Virus genome (UHGV): UHGV-0307316
Length of the DNA: 64,000 nt
Origin: a virus
Reading direction: 5' to 3' (one strand)
In this document: positions 1-10,393 of the stretch, piece by piece
Position numbering within the stretch: position 1 is the first letter of the stretch
How the letters are laid out: each line of letters starts with the position of its first letter
The notes under the pieces: model-generated
Database searches by the model: none
The model's input: the letters and a program-made list of their open reading frames with translations, nothing else
Told to the model about the DNA's origin: nothing
Position numbers and translations under genes: made by a program

Positions 1-2
1 CG

Positions 3-1379
3 GGTTCTCAAGAGGTCTTTTTAAATACTAATGCTGACTTGGTACTCTATGGTGGTGCTGCTGGTGCTGGTAAGACTGCCGCATTGTTAATGGACTCTTT
101 AAGATTTATTGAAGACCCTAACTATAATGCTGTATATTTCCGTCGAAATACAACACAGTTACAAGGTGGTTTATGGCCTGCTGCAAAGAAACTATTTGGT
201 AAGTTTGGTGGAATTCCTCACGAGCAGAAGATGACTATCACATTCCCTTCTGGGGCAACTATCAAGTTTACCTATCTAGAACTTGAAAAGCACGCTGAAG
301 GTCATCAGGGTATTGAATACTCAGCTATTTACTTTGACGAAGGCACACACTTCTCTGCTTCACAGATTTCATACCTACAAACCCGTCTACGTTCTGGTGC
401 TGAAGGCGATTCATACATGAAGATTTCCATGAACCCAGACAGAGACCACTTTATTTACGATTGGGTAGAGCCATTCTTAGATGAAGAAGGCTACCCAGAC
501 CCTGAAAAATGTGGTCGTATTCGTTGGTATGTGATGAACGATGGTGTGATGGTTTCTGATTGGGAGAGAGACAAGATTCTTGAAATGTTCCCCCTTGAGA
601 TTCCTCAAACATACACCTTTATTTCTGGTACGATTGATGATAACCCAATCCTTGACTTCTTAGAGCCTAAGTACCGTGGTAAGTTGGAAAACAACACTCC
701 TGTAAACGTTGCAAGACTTCGTTTCGGTAACTGGAAGGCTCGTGCAGAAGGTTCAAACTATTGGCAAAGACAATGGTGTGAAATTGTTGATTCACTCCCA
801 GAAGATGTATTTGATGTTAGAGCATGGGACTTAGCAGCAACTTTACCATCTGAGATTAACCCTAATCCAGACTGGACAGCAGGTGTTAAGATGGGTAAAT
901 CTAAAAAAGACGGTTGCTATTATATCATTGATGTAGTAAGATTTAGAGATAGACCCTCTGGAGTCGAAACACAAATTAATTTGACTGCTGAAAGTGACGG
1001 TAAGCGAACTGGTATTTTTATCCCTCAAGACCCAGGCGCTGCTGGTAAATCCTACGCAACATCCCTCATCAGGAAACTTGCCGAGAAAGGTTATCGAGCA
1101 AGAGCCAAACCAACAAATAAAGATAAAGTTACCCGCTTTGCGGGATTTTCTGCTGCTTCTGAAGCTGGACTTGTAAAAGTCTTGAGAGGTAGTTGGAATG
1201 AAGCTTACTTTCAAGAACTTGAAGGCTTTTGTGGTGACGGTAAAACTAAAGATGACCAAGTGGATGCTACCAGTGATGCTTTCAACAGTCTTAACGAAGT
1301 TAAATTATTCAAGCCACCATCAATGGGTGCTCACACAGATTTAGTGAGAGGAAACCCATATGAGGGGCTTAGACGTTGA
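3..1379 (+). CDS. terL: Terminase large subunit, 5'-partial (frame is open upstream of the TTG at 39 to the window edge)
   Basis: Walker A P-loop GGAAGAGKT at the N-terminus of the listed ORF; upstream in-frame translation (..SQEVFLNTNADL..) has no stop; acidic nuclease-like C-terminal half; first gene of the structural block. Confidence 0.8.
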   Translation, partial: GSQEVFLNTNADLVLYGGAAGAGKTAALLMDSLRFIEDPNYNAVYFRRNTTQLQGGLWPAAKKLFGKFGGIPHEQKMTITFPSGATIKFTYLELEKHAEGHQGIEYSAIYFDEGTHFSASQISYLQTRLRSGAEGDSYMKISMNPDRDHFIYDWVEPFLDEEGYPDPEKCGRIRWYVMNDGVMVSDWERDKILEMFPLEIPQTYTFISGTIDDNPILDFLEPKYRGKLENNTPVNVARLRFGNWKARAEGSNYWQRQWCEIVDSLPEDVFDVRAWDLAATLPSEINPNPDWTAGVKMGKSKKDGCYYIIDVVRFRDRPSGVETQINLTAESDGKRTGIFIPQDPGAAGKSYATSLIRKLAEKGYRARAKPTNKDKVTRFAGFSAASEAGLVKVLRGSWNEAYFQELEGFCGDGKTKDDQVDATSDAFNSLNEVKLFKPPSMGAHTDLVRGNPYEGLRR

Positions 1380-1386
1380 TAGCTAG

Positions 1387-2862
1387 GTGAGAAGAATGGC
1401 AGATATTACAGAAACACAAGAAAGCTTACCACCATTTAGAATGGGTGAAGTAGGTTCTTTGGGTCTGAAGGTTAAGAATGGAAGAATCTATGAAGAACCT
1501 CGTCAGGCACTAAGGTTCCCTGAAAGTATTAAAACTTTCCAATTAATGATGCGTGACCCTGCTGTAGCAGCATCTGTAAATATTATTAAGATGTTTGTCA
1601 GAAAAGTCAACTGGAGATTCGTACCTCCAAAGGGAAAAGAGCAAGACCCTAAAATGCTTGAAAGAGCAGACTTCTTTAATTCTTTAATGGATGACATGGA
1701 GCATGATTGGGCAGATTTTATTAATTCTGTAATGTCATTCTGCACTTATGGGTTCTGTGTTAACGAGAAAGTTTATAAGAAGCGACAGGGTAAAAAAGGA
1801 AAGTACCAGTCAAAATTTGATGATGGTCTAATTGGATGGGCTAAATTACCAATCAGAAACCAATCAACACTTGATAAGTGGTATTTTGACGAAGACTTTA
1901 GAAAAGTTACTGGTGTTAGACAGAATCTGAGAAATGTTTCACATATTGCTGGAGCAATTAATCTCGGAGAAAGGCCACTAACAAGAAAACTTCCACGAGC
2001 TAAATTCATGCTGTTTAAGTATGATGATGAATATGGAAACCCAGAAGGTCGTTCACCATTACTTAATGCCTATGTACCGTGGAAGTATAAAGTTCAGATT
2101 GAAGAGTACGAAGCCGTTGGTGTTTCAAGAGACTTGGTAGGTATGCCAAAGATTGGTTTACCACCAGATTATCTGGATGAAAATGCAGAACCTGAAAAGA
2201 AAGCTTTCGTACAATACTGCAAAACTGTTGTTAACGATATGATTGCTAATGATAGAGCAGGTTTAATCTGGCCTAGATATATCGACCCAGATACTAAAGA
2301 GGATATTTTCGAGTTCTCATTAGTTTCTAGACAGGGTGCTAAAGCATACGATACAGGTTCTATTATTGACAGATATTCCAAGCAGATTATGATGGCATTT
2401 ATGTCAGATGTTCTTGCTATGGGTCAGTCAAAATATGGTTCATTCTCTCTTGCAGATTCTAAGACAAGCTTACTAGCAATGTCAGTGGATATTCTGCTGA
2501 AGCAAATTAAGAACGTAATTAACCGTGATTTAGTTGCACAGACTTATGCTCTTAATATGTGGGACGATGAAGAACATGTACAAATCACTTATGATGATAT
2601 CGAAACTCCAGACCTTGAAGCAATTGGTTCTTATATCCAGAAGACTGTTGCAGTAGGTGCTTTGGAAGTTGACAAAGAGCTATCTAACAAGCTTAGAGAG
2701 CATATTGGTCTTCCTCCTGCTGATGAGTCTCAACCAGTATCTGAAAAGCTTTCTCCAAATAGTCAAAGCCGTTCAGGAGATGGTTATAAGACCGCTGGAG
2801 AAGGTACTGCAAAGACACCTTCAGCGAAAGACCCAAGCACAGCAAATAAGGCAAATAAATAA
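1387..2862 (+). CDS. Portal protein
   Basis: 491 aa ORF immediately downstream of terminase with a 7-nt gap; size and position typical of portal; no motif-level proof. Confidence 0.7.
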   Translation: MRRMADITETQESLPPFRMGEVGSLGLKVKNGRIYEEPRQALRFPESIKTFQLMMRDPAVAASVNIIKMFVRKVNWRFVPPKGKEQDPKMLERADFFNSLMDDMEHDWADFINSVMSFCTYGFCVNEKVYKKRQGKKGKYQSKFDDGLIGWAKLPIRNQSTLDKWYFDEDFRKVTGVRQNLRNVSHIAGAINLGERPLTRKLPRAKFMLFKYDDEYGNPEGRSPLLNAYVPWKYKVQIEEYEAVGVSRDLVGMPKIGLPPDYLDENAEPEKKAFVQYCKTVVNDMIANDRAGLIWPRYIDPDTKEDIFEFSLVSRQGAKAYDTGSIIDRYSKQIMMAFMSDVLAMGQSKYGSFSLADSKTSLLAMSVDILLKQIKNVINRDLVAQTYALNMWDDEEHVQITYDDIETPDLEAIGSYIQKTVAVGALEVDKELSNKLREHIGLPPADESQPVSEKLSPNSQSRSGDGYKTAGEGTAKTPSAKDPSTANKANK

Positions 2863-3362
2863 TGGCTGAAGTTATCTCTATTTCAAATGCTACACGAGTG
2901 CATTCGTATAGAGGTGTTCTTATTATCACTGACAAATTATCTGTAGGGGCTGGCTCAAGGGTCAGCCTTTCAGGTTATGTAAGTGATGGTGGAACCTCTG
3001 ACGTTTTCACTATTTGTAGGTTACTTGATTCTCCAATGAGTGGAAAACCGTTTATTTCAGGAAATTGTAGTGAAATTGTTAAAATTCCATTTGACAGTTC
3101 ATGCCTTTTGGGTGTAAAGTTATATAACTGCGAGAATAAACGTATCAATGTTAATAGCATTGAAGCCGCTTTCATTACCCTCGACACTGCATTTCAATCT
3201 CCAATGACAGTTAATAAAGAAACAAACAGACTTGAATACATTTTTTCACAAAATGATTACAAAGTACTTGTCAAAGGCAAAGTATATGATATGATTGTAA
3301 ATGTGGTAGATGAATCTGGTAACCATTCAACAGTCCTTAAACAAAAAGTAAGGTTTAATTAA
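2862..3362 (+). CDS. Hypothetical virion-module protein
   Basis: ORF in operon context between portal and protease, start overlapping previous stop. Confidence 0.4.
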   Translation: MAEVISISNATRVHSYRGVLIITDKLSVGAGSRVSLSGYVSDGGTSDVFTICRLLDSPMSGKPFISGNCSEIVKIPFDSSCLLGVKLYNCENKRINVNSIEAAFITLDTAFQSPMTVNKETNRLEYIFSQNDYKVLVKGKVYDMIVNVVDESGNHSTVLKQKVRFN

Positions 3363-3694
3363 TGGGAACATTAACTATTGATGGTAAGAATAAAATCCTC
3401 GCCACGCTAACCCCAACGACTATTATTTTACACAATGTAGACCCAACGGCAGACCCTACAGCAAATAAGGTTACTCAGCCAGTGGCTATTTATTTTTCTG
3501 AACCGGATAATGGCTTAATTGCCTCAGAAGATACAGTTAATATTACTGTTCCAGCTTCTGCAACGGTCTCACACTATAGCTTGTGGGATGCTAACGATAA
3601 ATGCGTGGCAACTGGTGCTCTTAGCAAACCTCAATTCTTTGCTGAAGAAGGTATCTATGTTATCTCTTCAGTCTCTGTAGATTTAAACAAATAG
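3362..3694 (+). CDS. Hypothetical virion-module protein
   Basis: Translationally coupled ORF (ATG overlaps preceding stop). Confidence 0.4.
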   Translation: MGTLTIDGKNKILATLTPTTIILHNVDPTADPTANKVTQPVAIYFSEPDNGLIASEDTVNITVPASATVSHYSLWDANDKCVATGALSKPQFFAEEGIYVISSVSVDLNK

Positions 3695-3705
3695 GGTGAG
3701 TAAAA

Positions 3706-5052
3706 ATGAGTTCGAATATCTTCAGACTTGCTGATAGATTATTCAACCAACCTTTACTAGCCACTGAATCATTAGCTCACTCAGCAGCAACTTATGTGAA
3801 TAACAGATTGCTGGGTGATGTCCAAGCAGCAGTAAACTTTGATAAACCCAAAGGTGAAGCAAGAAGTCTTTTAAAAGTAAAAGATGACATTGCTATTATT
3901 CCTATTATGGGTGGTTTAACCCATCGTATGACATTCATTGATGCAATGTGTACAGGTGGATTAAGCTCTTATGAAGGTTTGCGTAGAGGCTTTGACGAAG
4001 CTTTAGCAGATGAGTCAATCAAGACTATTGTTCTGCACATCGATTCTGGTGGTGGTGAAGCTTCAGGTTGCTTTGAATTAGCACGTCACATTATGGCTTC
4101 AAGAGGCCAAAAGAAAATTATTGCTTATGTAGATGAGTTCGCTTGTTCCGCTGCATACGCTCTTGCATCTTCTGCTGAAGAAATTATTGCATCACCAGAT
4201 GCAGATGTTGGTTCTATTGGTGTAATTATGGTTCATCAGGAATTAACTAAGGCATTTGAAAAGAATGGCGTAACAATTAACGTCATCAAAGCTGGTGAGT
4301 TTAAAGGTATGGGTTCACCATTCCAAGCACTCTCAGAAGAAAGCAAAGAAAGACTTCAAAAGAGAATTAATGATACCTACGCAACCTTTACAGGTTTTGT
4401 AGCCGAATCTCGTAATCTCTCTGAAGAAGCTGTAAAGAATACTGAGGCGAATGTTTATTCTGCTCAGGAAGCTCTTGAACTTGGTTTAATTAACTCAATC
4501 ATGTCTCAAGATGATTTCTTAAATTACTTACAAGGTTCTGAAGAGGCTCCTGTAAGTTTAAACGTTAACAATTCAGGTGAAGAAATGACTGAACAAGAAA
4601 AGCAAGAACTAGAAGCTTTGCGTCTTCAGGTTGCTCAAATGAAAGCTAAAGAACAGGAAGCTGCTTTGTCAGATTTGACTAATAAGATTTCTGCTTCTGC
4701 TGAAGCTTTTGGATTTGATGCAAAAGAAGCTGCAACGACTATTTTAGGTGCTGGTCTTGACAACCCTCTGAGTGTTCTGTTTATGAATGCTATGGAAGGT
4801 GCTAACCAGAAACTTAATGAAACTATCGCGTCCCATGCTTCTGCAATGGAAGAAAAAGAATCAGAAATTACCAAGCTGAAAGAAACTGCTGGTGCTGTTC
4901 TTGAACATTCCAATGCTATGGAAGAAATGGGTAATGACGGCGAAGCTGATTTGGTTGAAGAAGAAAAAGAACCAGCTAAGAATGCTTCCGAAGACACCGC
5001 TGAACAACGCAAACTGGCTCTCCAGAATGCTCTAAAATCTCTTATTAAATAA
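3706..5052 (+). CDS. Prohead serine protease (S49/SppA-ClpP-like) with C-terminal coiled-coil scaffold-like domain
   Basis: N-terminal half has S49-like signatures (IIPIMGG, HIDSGGGEASG, SAAYALASSAEEI); C-terminal third is E/K/A/Q-rich coiled-coil; lies between portal and capsid genes. Confidence 0.7.
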   Translation: MSSNIFRLADRLFNQPLLATESLAHSAATYVNNRLLGDVQAAVNFDKPKGEARSLLKVKDDIAIIPIMGGLTHRMTFIDAMCTGGLSSYEGLRRGFDEALADESIKTIVLHIDSGGGEASGCFELARHIMASRGQKKIIAYVDEFACSAAYALASSAEEIIASPDADVGSIGVIMVHQELTKAFEKNGVTINVIKAGEFKGMGSPFQALSEESKERLQKRINDTYATFTGFVAESRNLSEEAVKNTEANVYSAQEALELGLINSIMSQDDFLNYLQGSEEAPVSLNVNNSGEEMTEQEKQELEALRLQVAQMKAKEQEAALSDLTNKISASAEAFGFDAKEAATTILGAGLDNPLSVLFMNAMEGANQKLNETIASHASAMEEKESEITKLKETAGAVLEHSNAMEEMGNDGEADLVEEEKEPAKNASEDTAEQRKLALQNALKSLIK

Positions 5053-5063
5053 GGAACACAATA

Positions 5064-5441
5064 ATGGCATATCAAGGTTTTACTAAGTTAGGTAACAGAG
5101 AACCTCTGAATGATATCATTCTTTGGGAACAGGTTACCCCAACAGGCCACTCTCGTAAAGAGTATACTCCAAAAGCTTCTACAGAATACCGTGTAGGTGA
5201 AGTTCTGAAAGCAGATGGCTCTAAAGTTGCAGCAGGAGAAGAAGCTCAGGCTGATTCTGTATGTATCGTTAACTTTTATGCAGACCTGCAACTGTCTTAC
5301 CACGGTCAGTTGAAAGTGGTTGGTATTTACCGCGACGCAGAACTGAAAGACATGCTTACTCTTGAGTCAGATGTTGATGCTGATGAAGTCAAGAAAGCAC
5401 TGGCTGCTAAAGGTATTGATTTCGTACCAACTGGCCTGTAA
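5064..5441 (+). CDS. Hypothetical head protein (possible decoration or scaffold accessory)
   Basis: 125 aa ORF between protease and major capsid gene. Confidence 0.35.
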   Translation: MAYQGFTKLGNREPLNDIILWEQVTPTGHSRKEYTPKASTEYRVGEVLKADGSKVAAGEEAQADSVCIVNFYADLQLSYHGQLKVVGIYRDAELKDMLTLESDVDADEVKKALAAKGIDFVPTGL

Positions 5442-5474
5442 TAACAATAATAAGACATTCTGGAGAATTTTACA

Positions 5475-6581
5475 ATGTTGACTAATTCTGAAAAAAGCAG
5501 ATTTTTCCTTGCTGACCTGACTGGTGAAGTCCAGTCTATCCCAAATACTTATGGGTATATTTCCAACTTAGGTCTGTTCCGTTCAGCACCAATCACCCAA
5601 ACTACTTTCCTTATGGACTTGACTGATTGGGATGTTAGCTTGCTTGATGCGGTAGACCGTGATAGCCGTAAAGCAGAGACTAGCGCACCTGAGCGTGTTC
5701 GTCAAATCAGCTTCCCAATGATGTACTTCAAAGAAGTTGAAAGCATCACTCCTGATGAAATTCAGGGTGTACGTCAGCCAGGCACTGCAAACGAACTGAC
5801 TACTGAAGCTGTAGTACGTGCTAAGAAGCTGATGAAGATTCGTACCAAGTTCGATATTACTCGTGAGTTCCTGTTTATGCAAGCTCTGAAGGGTAAAGTT
5901 GTTGATGCTCGTGGTACGCTGTATGCTGACCTGTACAAGCAGTTCAACGTTGAGAAGAAGACTGTTCACTTCGACCTTGACAACCCTAATGCTGACATCG
6001 ACGCTTCTATTGAAGAACTGCGTATGCACATGGAAGACGAAGCGAAGACTGGCACTGTAATCAACGGTGAAGAAATTCACGTAGTTGTTGACCGTGTGTT
6101 CTTCAGCAAACTGACTAAACACCCTAAGATTCGTGACGCTTATCTTGCACAGCAGACTCCGCTGGCTTGGCAACAGATTACTGGTTCTCTGAGAACTGGT
6201 GGTACTGACGGCGTTCAGGCTCATATGAACACTTTCTACTACGGTGGTGTTAAGTTTGTCCAGTACAACGGTAAGTTCAAAGACAAGCGTGGCAAGGTTC
6301 ACACTCTGGTGAGCATTGATAGCGTAGCAGACACTGTTGGTGTTGGTCATGCTTTCCCTAACGTTTCTATGCTGGGTGAAGCAAACAACATCTTCGAAGT
6401 GGCTTATGGCCCATGTCCTAAGATGGGTTATGCAAATACACTTGGTCAGGAACTGTACGTATTCGAATACGAAAAAGACCGTGACGAAGGTATTGACTTT
6501 GAAGCTCACTCTTACATGCTGCCATACTGTACTCGTCCTCAGTTGCTGGTAGATGTTCGCGCTGACGCCAAAGGTGGCTGA
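5475..6581 (+). CDS. Major capsid protein
   Basis: 368 aa ORF after protease/scaffold; codon usage typical of a highly expressed gene (cgt/ctg/aaa rich); size fits HK97-fold capsid proteins. Confidence 0.7.
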   Translation: MLTNSEKSRFFLADLTGEVQSIPNTYGYISNLGLFRSAPITQTTFLMDLTDWDVSLLDAVDRDSRKAETSAPERVRQISFPMMYFKEVESITPDEIQGVRQPGTANELTTEAVVRAKKLMKIRTKFDITREFLFMQALKGKVVDARGTLYADLYKQFNVEKKTVHFDLDNPNADIDASIEELRMHMEDEAKTGTVINGEEIHVVVDRVFFSKLTKHPKIRDAYLAQQTPLAWQQITGSLRTGGTDGVQAHMNTFYYGGVKFVQYNGKFKDKRGKVHTLVSIDSVADTVGVGHAFPNVSMLGEANNIFEVAYGPCPKMGYANTLGQELYVFEYEKDRDEGIDFEAHSYMLPYCTRPQLLVDVRADAKGG

Positions 6582-6601
6582 TAAATTTAGGAGGGTTATG
6601 A

Positions 6602-7051
6602 ATGTGTTATACAGGCGACCCAGCCAATAACCCTCTTGATAGAGTAAGAATCCTCTGCACAGACACTAATAATGATGAAATCCTTATTGAGCAGTCTGTG
6701 CTAGAGTGGTTCTATCTAGAATCTGGAAAGGATGAAAAGAAAGCAGCCATCAAAGCTCTTAAATATTTACTCTTTCAAGTAGCCAAGATGGGAGATGAGA
6801 AGGTTGGTGGTGTTTATTTACGTAACTCTTCCAGATTCAAATCTCTGAAAGCTGTTTATGACGACCTTGTTAAAAGCTCTGTTTCAGGACTACCCTATGC
6901 AGGTGGTATTAATCAGTGTGATATTGACATGCGTCGTCAGAATCCTTGCTCTGTCAAGAAATACACAGAATATGGTGATGCTGCCAGATACGAAGGCAGA
7001 GATTACTGCAACCGTGTTAATGGCGTATTTATTATCGAGCGAGATGAATAA
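6602..7051 (+). CDS. Head completion / neck protein (putative)
   Basis: Position between capsid and tail genes; tightly packed operon. Confidence 0.35.
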   Translation: MCYTGDPANNPLDRVRILCTDTNNDEILIEQSVLEWFYLESGKDEKKAAIKALKYLLFQVAKMGDEKVGGVYLRNSSRFKSLKAVYDDLVKSSVSGLPYAGGINQCDIDMRRQNPCSVKKYTEYGDAARYEGRDYCNRVNGVFIIERDE

Positions 7052-7533
7052 TGGTTAAAAGGGTTATTCACCCCGCGAGAGCAAAATTAGTCGGGGCTAT
7101 GAAGAACTTGCAAACGGCTAATGCTCAAGTTGGGTATTTTCAAGAACAAGGTCAACATAGCTCTGGTTTTTCTTATCCTGCTTTAATGTATTTACAAGAA
7201 GTTATTGGGGTTCCTTCAGCTTCTGGTAAAGTATATCGTAGGTTGTTTGAAATCACTATGATGCTAAACAAACAGACCTTGTTAGAGCAGACTAAGAAGA
7301 ATCTATATAAGCAACTTAGCAGTCTCAACACAGACCCTTCAAATACCTTAGAAGCATTTGCAAAGAATACTCAAAAGGTAATTAAAAGGGGTTTTGGTAA
7401 TTCTGCTATCCTCCCTCCTAACGCACCTTCCACAGTCAAGAAAAAAGGCTTTAACGCACCTCTTGTTGAGACAGGTGACTTAAGAGATAACCTTGCTTAT
7501 AAAATTTCTACTAAGAAGGGTATTAAAAAATGA
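7051..7533 (+). CDS. Head-tail connector protein (putative)
   Basis: Position; start overlaps previous stop. Confidence 0.35.
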   Translation: MVKRVIHPARAKLVGAMKNLQTANAQVGYFQEQGQHSSGFSYPALMYLQEVIGVPSASGKVYRRLFEITMMLNKQTLLEQTKKNLYKQLSSLNTDPSNTLEAFAKNTQKVIKRGFGNSAILPPNAPSTVKKKGFNAPLVETGDLRDNLAYKISTKKGIKK

Positions 7534-7931
7534 GACTCTTAAACAGACACAGCTTTGTAGTAAAGCGTAAAGTCTCTGAAGATGGTTATTATAATGATGA
7601 TGGTGATTGGGTAGCTTCACAAGATATTGTAGAGGTTAACTGTAAAGGTAATATTCAGCCATATATCAAAGGTTCTGTAAAGAATGGTACACAGATTGCT
7701 TTACCGGAAGGTATTAGGCTTACCGATACAAGAATCCTGTATACCACATATAAGCTTAGAACTTCAGATGATGTAGAGTGGAATGAGTCTGACATTGTTA
7801 TGATTGATGGTCATGAGTATGAAGTATTTATGACTATGGATTGGTCACAGCAATTAGCCCATACATCCCATTATGAATATATCATTATTAGAAGGGATAA
7901 AATGAATGCAGTTAGAAACAGCAGAACTTGA
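7530..7931 (+). CDS. Head-tail joining protein (putative)
   Basis: Position; overlapping start/stop. Confidence 0.35.
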   Translation: MRLLNRHSFVVKRKVSEDGYYNDDGDWVASQDIVEVNCKGNIQPYIKGSVKNGTQIALPEGIRLTDTRILYTTYKLRTSDDVEWNESDIVMIDGHEYEVFMTMDWSQQLAHTSHYEYIIIRRDKMNAVRNSRT

Positions 7932-8505
7932 AAAAGGTCTAGTTAGAACCTTAGTGGATGTTATTGGTCACAGATTAGCTCGTGATAAAAATAATAGACC
8001 AAACGTAATTAGAGCTTACCCTTCTGATAACTCAAATGACAAAGGTTTAAAACCTGACCAGCCATTTATTACCGTATATTGTCAAGATGCTGCAACACCT
8101 TATGGTTGGGTTCTTGATAAGTTTGTTGAAGATGATGTAGCTTGTTACAGAATCGCTTTTCAGATTCCTGTATTGATTACGGTAAATGGTAAAGGTGCTC
8201 ACAGTATTATGCTTGAGCTTAAACAAAGATTAGAGATGAGTTCAGTCAGAGATTTAATCCTTGAAGAAACAGGAGCTACAGTATTAGACACTGGAGCAAT
8301 CCCTAACGATTACACTTATCTCAATACAGATTTCGAAAATTCTGCGCCTCTTGTTGTAACTCTTGTAAAAAACTCAGTCCTGAAAGATGAACGTGGAAGT
8401 ATTATTGAGCGTGTCATTGTTGATGGTGAGTTGGTTTATGAAGAAGGGCAAGAGCCACCAGAATATACTATCCATCTAGATGTAGACTCCAAAGGGGTAA
8501 AATAA
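7906..8505 (+). CDS. Tail completion / neck protein (putative)
   Basis: Position directly upstream of putative sheath gene. Confidence 0.35.
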   Translation: MQLETAELEKGLVRTLVDVIGHRLARDKNNRPNVIRAYPSDNSNDKGLKPDQPFITVYCQDAATPYGWVLDKFVEDDVACYRIAFQIPVLITVNGKGAHSIMLELKQRLEMSSVRDLILEETGATVLDTGAIPNDYTYLNTDFENSAPLVVTLVKNSVLKDERGSIIERVIVDGELVYEEGQEPPEYTIHLDVDSKGVK

Positions 8506-9858
8506 ATGTGGAATCCAATTGTTAATGTAGATATTACATTGAACACCGCAGGAACTACAAGAGAAGGTTTTGGTTTGCCACTATTCTTAGCTTCAACAGA
8601 TAACTTTGAAGAAAGAGTGCGTGGTTATACTTCCTTAACTGAAGTTGCTGAAGATTTCGATGAGAATACTGCTGCATATAAGGCTGCTAAACAACTTTGG
8701 AGTCAGACTCCTAAAGTAACTCAGCTTTATATTGGTAGACGCGCTATGCAGTACACTGTATCAATTCCTGATGAGGTTACTGAGAGCACGGACTACTCAA
8801 TTACTGTAGCTGTCGGTGGGGGAATGTCACAACCATTCCAGTACACCTCACAAGGTGAAGATACTGCCGAGAATGTATTACAACAGTTTAAAACACAGAT
8901 TGAAGCTGACCAATCAATTAAAGATAAAGTTTCAGTCAATGTTACTGGTAGCAACGGTTCTGCCACAATGGTCATCTCCAAAGCTGGTGACAATGATTTC
9001 GTGAAGGTAACCACTACAGCACAAACTGTGTCTATTGCAAGCACAACTGCTGATACAGCGTCAACTGCTCTGGCAGCTATTGAAGCTTATTCTACCGACT
9101 GGTATTTCATTGCAGCAGAAGACAGAACTCAACAGTTTGTTTTGGCAATGGCTTCTGAGATTCAGGCTCGTAAGAAAATCTTCTTCACAGCTAACTCTGA
9201 TGTAGCAGCACTGCAAGGTACAGAATTAAATAGTGCAAATGATGTTCCAGCACAGCTTGCTAAGAGTATGTATACTCGCACAGTTTGCTTGTGGCATCAC
9301 ACAGCGGCAGAAGATTATCCAGAGATGGCATATATTGCTTATGGCGCTCCATACGATGCAGGGTCAATTGCTTGGGGTAATGCTCAGTTGACTGGTGTAG
9401 CTGCTTCTTTACAGCCAGCTAATAAGAGACCTCTGACAAGCATTCAGAAGTCAGCTTTAGATGTACGTCACTGTAACTTTATCGACCTTGATGGTGGTGT
9501 TCCAGTGGTTCGTAGAGGGATTACTTCTGGTGGGGAATGGATTGATATCGTCCGTGGTGTTGACTGGTTAGAATCAGACCTGAAAACTTCTCTGAGAGAC
9601 TTGCTAATTAACCAGAAGGGTGGTAAGATTACTTATGATGATACTGGTATTACCCGTATTCGTCAAGTCATTGAAACCTCTCTACAAAGAGCAGTCAACA
9701 GAAACTTCCTGTCATCTTACACAGTTAATGTTCCTAAAGCCTCTCAAGTTGCTTTGGCAGACAAGAAAGCTCGTATCCTGAAAGATGTTACCTTCGCAGG
9801 TATCTTAGCAGGGGCTATCTTGGATGTTGACTTGAAAGGTACAGTGGCTTACGAATAA
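8506..9858 (+). CDS. Tail sheath protein (putative)
   Basis: 450 aa ORF followed by a ~150 aa ORF, chaperone pair and tape measure: the canonical sheath-tube-chaperone-TMP order of contractile tails. Confidence 0.5.
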   Translation: MWNPIVNVDITLNTAGTTREGFGLPLFLASTDNFEERVRGYTSLTEVAEDFDENTAAYKAAKQLWSQTPKVTQLYIGRRAMQYTVSIPDEVTESTDYSITVAVGGGMSQPFQYTSQGEDTAENVLQQFKTQIEADQSIKDKVSVNVTGSNGSATMVISKAGDNDFVKVTTTAQTVSIASTTADTASTALAAIEAYSTDWYFIAAEDRTQQFVLAMASEIQARKKIFFTANSDVAALQGTELNSANDVPAQLAKSMYTRTVCLWHHTAAEDYPEMAYIAYGAPYDAGSIAWGNAQLTGVAASLQPANKRPLTSIQKSALDVRHCNFIDLDGGVPVVRRGITSGGEWIDIVRGVDWLESDLKTSLRDLLINQKGGKITYDDTGITRIRQVIETSLQRAVNRNFLSSYTVNVPKASQVALADKKARILKDVTFAGILAGAILDVDLKGTVAYE

Positions 9859-9873
9859 TAGAGGTAAATTGGA

Positions 9874-10320
9874 ATGGCTATGTATCAGCAATATTCCCCT
9901 AAAGACGTTGTATGTAGCTGGAATGGTATTGCCATTGAAGGCTTTGCCCCAGACTCATTTTTACGTCTACAGAGAACATCACCACTTATCACACCAGTTG
10001 TAGGTGCAGGTGGTCAGGTTGCTCTGACAAGAAATGCAGACAAGACAGGTACTATTGAGATTGAGCTAATGCAGACTTCTCTCTCTAACCAGATGCTTTC
10101 TGCAATTCAAGCTAAACAAGACAACATGGAACTTGAAGAAGATATCTCTTCTAACTTCGTAATCTACGACCCATCAGGCTCTGTTCTGGCAACTGGTATT
10201 AATGCTTGGTTGCAGGAATTACCACAGATTGAACTTGGGCGTGACCAGAACTCTAAAACTTGGATTTTTGGTTGTGAGAAGCTAGACTACACTTCTACAA
10301 TTCCAGCGTCAAGTGTTTAA
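9874..10320 (+). CDS. Tail tube protein (putative)
   Basis: 148 aa ORF between putative sheath and chaperones, followed by a strong terminator (typical attenuation after major tail genes). Confidence 0.5.
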   Translation: MAMYQQYSPKDVVCSWNGIAIEGFAPDSFLRLQRTSPLITPVVGAGGQVALTRNADKTGTIEIELMQTSLSNQMLSAIQAKQDNMELEEDISSNFVIYDPSGSVLATGINAWLQELPQIELGRDQNSKTWIFGCEKLDYTSTIPASSV

Positions 10321-10332
10321 TAAATCCTATAA

Positions 10333-10365
10333 GGGGGAGACTTTAAAAGGTCTTCCCCTTTTTTG
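10333..10365 (+). terminator. Rho-independent terminator after tail tube gene
   Basis: GGGGGAGAC-loop-GTCTTCCCC hairpin followed by TTTTTT. Confidence 0.6.
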
Positions 10366-10393
10366 TTTCTTTTAAAAGTATTAAGGAATCACA

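Noticed and set aside
5583-6509. 308-aa ORF on the - strand
   Set aside because: Entirely antisense to the major capsid gene, with Cys/Phe/Val-rich low-complexity translation typical of spurious antisense frames.
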